A stretch of DNA of 64,000 nucleotides from Ophelia neglecta (taxonomy: Eukaryota): contig OZ260662.1 in the NCBI GenBank assembly GCA_965285935.1, positions 36,456,001-36,520,000 of the forward strand, written 5' to 3'. Of the stretch, positions 54,901 to 64,000 are shown piece by piece. Under the pieces are notes generated by a model, which searched no databases, was not told the origin of the DNA, and saw only the letters and a program-made list of their open reading frames with translations. Within the stretch, counting starts at the first letter, position 1. Every line of letters starts with the position of its first letter. A program made the translations under genes and the position numbers.

Positions 54901-57900
54901 GATTACTAGGAGTTATTGTTGTATCATTCTAATAGGTTAGAAAAGCCCTCTTGTCATATCCTAGAATACTTTTGAAATAATCAAGTTGGCATGGTTACTG
55001 ACTGGTTAATGACTGTCAGAGTAAGATGGGAGTTTTGGCCTCAGTGGTGTCAAGTACAGGGTCATCTTATCATGTAGTCCAAACATATGATATACATGCA
55101 GGTACAAGTACACCTAGCACCCCTTGTTGACTGCAGTCATTTGCAGGTGCACCTGTGTATACAGTGGTATACAGTGTGTGGTCCTAAATATTTTTTAAAA
55201 AATCACTTGATATTGTATTGGAAATATATGCAAGCACAGCTCACATCTAGATAATTGTTTCAGTAGAATATTTTGTTTTTGCAAAATCACATGTGTTTGA
55301 ATTTGAAAACATCATCTACAGCCAGCTGCTCATATGTTTAACTTCATAGGCTTCTATTTCTGTCATTGATTAGTTTCATGAAAACAATTCATTTAATTCT
55401 ATTGCCATGGATCTGCAGCCACTCTAGGACTGGTCAACCTCCTCCCCCCTCTCCACAGAAGCTGCGTCATGCACATATAAATGTTTGCAATATTTGTCCT
55501 TTTGAATTTTCCTGATTGTAATGGTTATTAGATGAGTTTACATTTTGCCTGGTTTATAGCATTTAGGGCCATTGTCTTCTAGCATAAAATATACATTCAT
55601 AATAGGTAGACAGGTCAATGTTTTTGTTCTAGAAATATAGTAAATGGGTTCAAACATTCCTCTTAACATTCTCGTAATATCGAGCAACATATGAACCAAG
55701 GCATATGGCTGACATAGATAGATGTAGTTGATTTGCATTATATTTGTCAGAACAATGGCTGGAAAACATCATCTACAGCCAGCTGGGAAATATAAAATTA
55801 ATCGAATTGTGTCTCCTAACCCAAAGTTGTTTCCGATGGTTTTTCGAAGGCAGCAACTATAATGCTCATGCTGAGTTCCGCATTCCCTCTCCAGAAGGTT
55901 GTCGGTCTAATTCAAGGCTCACCCCCGTGCACTAAAGATGTTTTATTGAGCATAATATTTGTTGCAGTCAATTATCGCAGTCAAGTACTCAGTTAAATTA
56001 GGGTTGAGTGGAGAAAATACTGCAGAGTGCAGAATGAATGGGCATGAACCCAAATTTTTTTTCAAATCCAGGCATGGTGGTATATCATGCAATCAAAAAG
56101 GCTTGTATTACATGGGTTTCTAGAAAAAAGCTTTAGTAGTAAATAGAATGATATCAGGTTTTATAGACTTGTCATTTGATATAGAAATATGTTAATAGTT
56201 TTCTCATTTATGGGTTCAGAATTTGTATAGCATATATTTATTGTTTTTTTTTCATTTATTTTAATATTTACATAAGTCTTTATTTCATTGATTGGCCTGA
56301 GCAATGGAATACCTAAAGACCCTGTTCGGTTCTATTCTGGCTTGAGTATTATTATATGGTTTATAAAAACCACACTTGTTTTATATTTATTTTGTTTTTA
56401 ATTATATGTTTGAATGCTATTGTTTACATATTGAAATTTAGAACTGGTAGATGTCACAAGAGGTTTAAATCTGGGTGGACTGCTTGCATGTACAAGTGCC
56501 CCCCCCCCCCCATGGAGTCAGTTTGATCAGATGCTATCATATTTTATGGCTTAAAGTCTCTTTTGATTATAAAACTATCAAAAGAATAGTAATGATAATG
56601 AGGGCAAATTTATGAGATTTTGGCATGGGGATGTTTGAAATGTGGGAAGAGGTCTGTGGGTGAGTCCTTGGCTTGTAGTCTTTGGGTGGGCCCCTGAGTT
56701 AGGATCTCAGGCTGGTTTGTTCACAATTATCCAAACATATTCTTATGGTATATTGTTTACAGAAAATATCATCAATTCTCTACGGAATTGTAACTTTTGA
56801 ATCTAATTGATATTTAAATGATAGCAATCATTGTGTAGGTCAAACATAAAACTCTTTTTCAACAACATGTTTTCGGGGTCTAACTTAATCAATGGCACTT
56901 TGACAGAATTTTGTGGTTTTAGAGTCTGCCAAATTTGGCCATACAATTAGTTTTGTAATAGTATATATTTTTTGAAACTCTGCCAAGGTGGCCTAGATCT
57001 AACTGAGAGACATTCTGTGGTTAACGTTAGGATTATAGTTGTAGATGATAATGGCAATGTCCTTAATACATGTGCATGTATGTGACCCGAGACAGACAAG
57101 ATTAATGTTATATCCTAGATGTGGCATATAAATAGGTGCCTCTATTCCAGTGTCCAGTCATATTCAATGGCAGAATTGAGGTGGCAACATTCCTGGACAG
57201 AGTAAGAAAGGAGAGGGGAGCATAAACATACACTATAATATTTGTTTAGAAAATACTTGTTACTGAAAGTCAAAAGTACAAATGTAATTCTATGTATGCG
57301 GGTAGTGCATAAAATGGCAAATAAATGTGCGTATACAAACTGTAAACAGGCATACACGGGCAAAGACAGCATAGACAGCGTAGATACCCGCTGGTCCTTT
57401 TCTTCCCTTATATTCCAGTTTATTTCAAATATCCTTGAATAAACGCAGTAGTAAATTGCAGTGGGTATAACAACATTTGGTTAAGGGGTTTACATCATCG
57501 TACACCCTGGTGATGCTTAGTGGATACACACTTTAAACTTTATATCATATATATTGCGTTCATTGCATAATGATCTTGATGAATTGACACAAACTGTTTG
57601 GTTTTTTCAAACCCTTATTCTCTTATGCATGAAAGTAATCAACCTTGTAGAAAATGGCCAAAATAAGCAGCCTTAGATATAAACCTGAAACAAAACATTC
57701 TTTTTGTATAGTTTTAAATTTCATAATGGGTGACCTGGTGCAACTGATTTGCGTCGTTTAATCAATGCTGAATTAAGTTCTGTATGTCAACAAATCTGAA
57801 ACAGTTTTCTGAAACCATACAAAGGATGTCATGTGGGATGTTTGATAGATAAAAGAAGCCATGAAGTGAGCAGTTGTCTGGAAAATTGAGGTAATAGCAA

Positions 57901-58489
57901 GGCTTTATTAAACAATTGACCAAGATTTCATGATATGACAGGCAAGGGATAAGGACAGGTGTGAGATCTTGCCGTTATACTTCCCCCCTTTTGTCTGTGT
58001 GAGGGTCTCCACAAGTTTTTAAAGCTTCATGCCTACTTTTATCAGATTCAATTATAGAAAATGATGGGTGATTCAAAGTAACCCAGCATTTTGCTTGACT
58101 CCCATAATTATTTCAGAATTAATCATTTCTTTTTTTGTTGGTGCAAAAATGTCATTGCTTTGTTATCAGATTCATTTTGAATATCTGTGTGCACCTCACC
58201 ATGTACAGTTTAGTAAAGTTTTAGTAAAGCCGATGAAACCTTCACCTATTTAGCTGAAAAATAAATGTGCCAGACAAAAACTTCATGTGGTAACAATACA
58301 TGTCCTGGTTTAATCAGGTAAGCTGAAAAAATAACCAGAAAGACTAGCGCTTAAATTCTGATTGTGGATTTTTAAAGATTTCAGTTACTTTTTTTGTCCT
58401 CTCCTCTGGGAGGTGATGGCATGTAAAATTTGCTTGTGGTCAGAATTGACACAGTTTCCTTTTTACCTGATTTGTATAAACCTTGTATC

Positions 58490-58995
58490 AGGTGGCGGCA
58501 AATTCAAAAGTTTGACTGTCTGTATAGTAATTCCACATTGCCAGGCAGCTTAACCATGACATATGAATAGGAAAAGTGAACAATAGGAAAGAATGTGCAA
58601 AGAATGTTCATGTGACCTTGAAATTGACCTTTGCCTCTTTTCAAAGTCATATTGTGAAAATTGCATTTTTAATGCTTCTGATTGCCTGACAGAGAAGAAA
58701 ATAATGTTTAATGCATTGACCACTTATGCCACTTATGCCACATGCAAAAGTGTAGTGGTGACCTTGAATTAAACTCAAGGTCATTGAAAAGTCCATGCCT
58801 TCATGTTTTGATCGTCAAATTCAGTAGTTTTGACAATGCTACCTTATACTACTTGTAACAAAGCTTTCCAGCTTTTAATATATCATTTGGCATGTTTGAT
58901 GGACCATGTTTTTCCAGTGTCCACCTAAAACAAATCTACTTACTGTATGATCAAGTTAGTGAGGAGACTGCTCGCATGCTAAGCTGCCGATCTAT
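58490..58995. repeat. Probable decayed interspersed repeat rich in TGACCTT/AAGGTCA motifs
   Basis: TGACCTTGA at 58613 and 58759, TGACCTTTG at 58625 and TCAAGGTCA at 58775, the same motif vocabulary as 51360-51770. Boundaries are approximate. Confidence 0.4.
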
Positions 58996-60540
58996 ATTTA
59001 TCAATAGTAACCATGAAAGAAATTCTGCAAATCATGCTGAATTAACTAATAAGAAATAGATGGAGAAAAATGACCAGAGGGGTAGTGACATTATTACATT
59101 GTTTTATTGAGCATGCCCTGGAGACAGTGGTCTAGACAAAGCTGTAATTGTTACTGGCTCGCTCAGGGAGAGGGAGGGTGGGGAGGGGAACGGGGGAGGG
59201 GGCCAGTTATTGTCTTTATTGTGCCCATGATTATTTTGATATTGTAGTTGCACAGCATTGCCAATGGCTAGGGAGTTACCAAATCACATACTAACCAGAG
59301 CTACCCTGCTCAGGTAACAAGTCAGAGCCACTGGGCATTGGAGCATGGGATTTCATCCGAGAGCCACATAACTATAAATTATTCAGTGTCACTTTACATT
59401 TTTCGTTGTCCAGTCTGTCTGCGTCTACTCATACATGTATATGATGTCCAGATACAAACTTGCATTGCTTAGATGCTCTCCATTGCAACTGTAGTATAAT
59501 ACCTCAAGCTCATCAGCCCACATGTAGTGTTTTAATGGTAGATTTGCAAATGCTGGCCCAGTTAGACACTTTATATATGTAATTCTTTGACCATCTTGAA
59601 TGATGTAGTTTTTTCACTCTGTCCATATCATCTCCTTCTAGATCACCATTGCTGGTACATGTACGTGTGTTATTTTATGTGCTGTTCATGTGTCCTTTCT
59701 TCTTGTTTATTCCTGCTATAAATTGGTATTTTGCTATGTTACTAGTGAAAAAAGAAAGTCTGCAGTAATATAAGGAAGGAGATTGTTACAAGTATTTAGC
59801 AGGGAAGAGACAGCTTGCGCCATGCTTTGATGATACCAGAAAGAAAATCTATAAACCAAATTTCTGCTTCAGTTGCAAGCAATGGCTGTAATTGAATATG
59901 CCTTGCATTGCCATCAAGACAAATTTTGTCATGTATCTGTGATTATCAAACAGCTATTTGCATGTGCATGACAAAGGCAATACCAGAGGATGTTATCAGG
60001 GAATTTAAGTTGAAAAAATATCGAAACCAGATGAGTATCATGATTTCAGTTCAACATGAATCAGATTGCCTTATTTGTCACAGCCAACATCACAGAAGAT
60101 GCAGAAATGGACCAGCCCAAGTCCGCTTTTATCTGTAAAAAACCTCTTGCGTATTCCTATAATCCTTGCATGGCTTCTCGGAGAAAAACTCTTTGTACTT
60201 GAGTCCCTCTCGCCACCATTTTTATGCTATATTTTCTTTGTTTGCCGCTGCCTCAGTGCCTCGCTGCCGATGCATACGAGGGGGGGGGGGGGACAAAGAG
60301 AATACCAGAAACTCTGAGCTAAATTCTGTTAGCATTTCGCTGACTATTTGCCTGTATTGCTTCAGGGCCCTGGCTATAACAGAATTGGAATCAGTGTGGT
60401 GTCAATCAAAAAACTGATTAAATTGTAGTGCTCTGGTTTTAGGTGGCAGACGATGAATATTATATTTTTGAGCGTTTATCAGAATAGGAACATAAAGATT
60501 CACTGATCAATGTAACTGATTTCTTGGAGCCAGCTGATTG

Positions 60541-60612
60541 TATATATGTATATATATATATATATATGTATATATATGTATATATATGTATATATATGTA
60601 TATCTATGTATG
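60541..60612. repeat. (TA)n/(TATATATG)n microsatellite
   Basis: Read directly from the sequence. Confidence 0.95.
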
Positions 60613-61179
60613 TTATACATGTTAATGTATTAATATTTTATGTGTTTCTCTATCAATCCCTATTTGTGACCAAGTTCCTTTGTACTTTGCATAATTCTAT
60701 TGATTTCTCTACTTTTTCCAGACCTAAAAGCATGTTCTTTATAAGACTAAAGAAATAGATATTGGATGAGGCTTCGAATTAGAAAAAATCAACTCTGATA
60801 AAAAACTATTTTTGGTTTAGATCAGTGATGGATCTTCTAGGGTGTGCTCAATATCCAGCTGATTGTAATAGTCGAAACAAAAGTTTACTAGGCAAAAAGA
60901 TCGATAGGCACACCGGGTGCCAGGATGTGGGGTGCTGAGTACCCAGGTACAATGCTATACTGTTAGGCATCAGGCACAACTGCTTTCAACTCACTCAGAT
61001 TATGATGAATATCATGTCCGCAAAGCTAGTGACGGGACTTAGCATTCTGAGCCAGCATTGATCTCCAGTTCTTAGGTGGAGGATCAGAAACAAAGAGGAT
61101 TTGGGAGATGTCACCTGGCTCTGTGTCACTGCTCCTCACTGGGTGTCACTGGGCGTCACTGGGTGTCATCATGGAGTAG

Positions 61180-61985
61180 CTGCTGGCCCAGTGAACAGGG
61201 CTGGTGGAGTGGTTGATGGCAAACTGGGGGCTGGTAGTGTGGCCAAGTATACAGGGGGCTGGGGGCTTGGTGGATTGCAAAGTGGTGGATGGTAGTCTGG
61301 CCCAGTATGAGGGGGGGGGGAGGCTGGTGGCTGGTACTCTGGCCCAGTATACAGGGGGCTGGCGGCATGGGGTATGTCTAAGTGGTGGCTGGGTGGCGGG
61401 CCCAGGGTACAGGGGGCTAGTGGCATGGTGGAAGGCAAAGTGGTGGCTGGGGGGGGGGCAGGCCCAGGGTATAGGGGGCTGGTGGCATGGTGGGTGGATG
61501 GTCAAGTGGTTGCCCGGTGTCAGGTCCGGTACTAGGGAGGAAGGGGGGGGGGCTGGTCAAGTGGTTTCCCTGGGGTCAGGTCTGGTATTAGGGAGGAAGG
61601 GGGGCTGGTGGCATGGTGGGTGGATGGTCAAGTGGTTGCCCGGGGTTAGGTCTGGTATTAGGGAGGAAGGGGGGCTGGTAGCATGGTGGGTGGATGGTCA
61701 AGTGGTTTCCTGGGGTCAGGCACAGTATTAGGGAGGATGGGAAGCTAGTGGCATGGTGGCCCTGTAAATTGGGTTGGTGGCATGGTGTATGTCTAAGTGG
61801 TGACTGGGTGGCTGGACCAGGTTACATAAGGCTGGTAACCTGGCGGGTGGCCCAGCATAAAGGGCCGGTGACTTTGTGGCTGACCAAGTTGTGGCTGGGT
61901 GGCTGGCCAAATATACTGGCGGGCTGGTGGCATGTTGCCTGTTCATACAGGGGCTGGCTGCTGCCTGTGTATGTGGCCTAGGTAG
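61180..61985 (+). repeat. G-rich complex tandem repeat (~70-bp core unit)
   Basis: Recurring GGGGGCTGGTGGCATGGTGGGTGGATGGTCAAGTGGTT(G/T)CC(C/T)GGGGTCAGGTCTGGTATTAGGGAGGAAG and GGCCCAGTATACAGGGGGCTGG modules, with strong G skew on the + strand. Confidence 0.9.
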
Positions 61986-64000
61986 GGGACACACTCTCGA
62001 AAATAGGGTCAACTTGATCTTTTATACTTGCAGTTAGTAATGCTTGACAAATTGACCTCTCATACCCTTAGTTGCCAATCTTGAGACAAATTTACCCCAA
62101 CCTTGATAATAAACATCGTAATTTACCTGATTTGGAGACAGCATTGAGTTGATCATGTGATTCAATGTGAGCAATGACACACCGCATGTGTACATCGGGC
62201 CTTTTATTCAAGACCTCTGTAGAAATGTATAGACATCTAGTCTTTCAAGTGGCCAGACACCTACCGATTAAGCTATAAACTTGGAAAATATTGCTGCTTT
62301 ATATGTGTTTTTTTTCAGCAAGGTAATCTTTCAGAACTAAAATGACAATAAGTGGAATGGAAGTGTCATATAAATATAAAAAATCAATTTAGACTAGCAG
62401 GGTGTATTGAGACGTCATTTTACGCCCAGTTCCCCTGGTCTTTCATGTGTAAGGGATACTGACTTTTATTGGATGCCCTGTTGAAAGGTTTATTGCTGGG
62501 GGAGGCCATATTCCAGTCTGTAATCTGCTCTTTGTACATGTTTAAAAGAAATTGTGTGAAATCACAGTTTTTAGCAAGGCTGTGGCATATTAGCTGGGCA
62601 TTGAAAACAGCTACAAGAGTTAGCTATGTATTATGTAATGTGACAAGCGTACATTTTTCATTTTCCTTCAACTTTTTTCCAGTGAACTTGATGGAGCGTG
62701 TTGTACTAGTTCTGACTGTGTTTCATTCAAATTTTTAAATGTGCCTCGTTATTGAATGATACATCTATAGCGATAGCTAAACATTCTATTCTGGGCCTCT
62801 GATACTGCTCTACTTCCATGGTTCTGAATGATGGTGATGAATTGTGGTAAACATTATAAAAAGTCTGGGTGCAGAACGTGCTATAATCAGTGATTAGCAC
62901 TCGTCCCTCACTTGGCAGCTCGGCAGTAAAAAAACACAAACCACATTCTAGGCTGGCAAAAAACCATGGCATTGTGTGAAAAAAAATGCTTCTATTTTCT
63001 GTGTTTTCTGTCTACGGCAATCATACGACCGCAATGAGATAAATCAGAGAGGGGAACAAGGTAAAACAGGAAGAATTTAATGTACTCCCTCACCACTCAT
63101 TGAATTACTGACAGACAAGTCAGTTAGTGCAGCTCACTTCAGGGAGGTAAAGTTCTGTTCAGTCAGTCAGGGGGGGAGATCAAATGACTAATCTTTATTA
63201 AAGGTAAACATGGAGAATGCTCAGTGGTCATGGTGGATTTTAGAAGTGTTTGAATTGTGAAATTTATTGTTGACTTGTATTTGATTGTACTTAGTTTGCT
63301 AATCTGTCTCGTTCTGTGGTATGTTTGAGTCATGCTGAGAGTCAGTATTTCTCAATGGGCCCCTTTAGTACAATGCCCTTGATGCATTCTTCGTGTGTTT
63401 TTTTTTTCACACTTTCAGTACATGGCACTCGAGAGATGATTATCGGCTTTAACAGGATGCAATTCAAAGATGTGCGGTTGGTTGTGTCAGTAATTGAGTA
63501 TTGTTGAGGTTCAAGCCTTCAAATTTTGTAATTATTTACATCCTAGTCACTATTGCACAACAAGAAGAGTACGGTTTGCGTGCAAATTATGTAATGTTAC
63601 TTTGTTTGCCTTAAAATGACAAGTTATTGTCAAAAGTAAGGTATGTTTTGCTGTAAGACTGCATACCCTTGTGTACATACTCATAGATGTACAGCGCTTG
63701 TAAGTCTGGATTATAAATGTCTTATCTTTGATGCACATTCAGCAAGAAATCAATAACTGGTTAATTTTCTGCTTTTTCTTATATTGTTGAAGTCCAGATG
63801 TGAGAAATCCACCCTGAATCTTTCTTCATTCGGATTGAATTTATAGTGATAATATGCATCACTGTGTTTGCCATTCACTTGAACAATTACTTGCCAATCA
63901 CTTGAAAAAACTAGTTTTCACTGCAATAACTTTAAGTGTCAATGGACTTGAGTATTATTATTTTGTCATTGATGCCTGTACCTTACTTTTGTCATACAAC

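Larger units (their letters stand above)
3331..64000 (+). other. ftz-f1: Partial NR5A/FTZ-F1 gene span; introns 3674-26767, 26897-39386 and 39528 to beyond the window end
   Basis: Three exons join into 204 codons plus 1 nt. The expected next exon (AVRADRMRGGRNKFG, FTZ-F1 box) was not seen by eye downstream of 39527, so intron 3 is inferred to exceed 24 kb. Confidence 0.8.

Noticed and set aside
61101-62012. Multiple overlapping 64-175-aa ORFs
   Set aside because: Artefacts of a stop-poor G-rich tandem repeat.

Overview
AT-rich eukaryotic genomic DNA, most likely from an invertebrate animal; the species cannot be determined from sequence alone. The window is dominated by the 5' part of one large + strand nuclear-receptor gene of the NR5A (FTZ-F1/SF-1/LRH-1) family. 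Three coding exons splice in frame through GT-AG introns: 3331-3673 (low-complexity N-terminal A/B domain), 26768-26896 (zinc finger 1, P-box CESCKG) and 39387-39527 (zinc finger 2, ending GMKLE). The FTZ-F1 box, hinge and ligand-binding-domain exons were not found and presumably lie beyond position 64000. The introns (23.1 kb, 12.5 kb, >24 kb) contain a young non-autonomous DNA transposon (67-bp TIRs, 8-bp TSD), several minisatellites and decayed repeats. The most striking observation is that the locus carries many matches to the NR5A protein's own binding motif. These include a 51/53-bp tandem array with 11 copies of CAAGGCCA just downstream of the second zinc-finger exon, and at least 11 exact YCAAGGYCR sites elsewhere. 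This suggests, by inference only, a partly repeat-built autoregulatory circuit. The intron between the two zinc fingers is also shifted by 1 nt relative to human NR5A1, which makes both finger exons frame-preserving cassettes. No prokaryotic features, CRISPR arrays, tRNA or rRNA genes were recognised.
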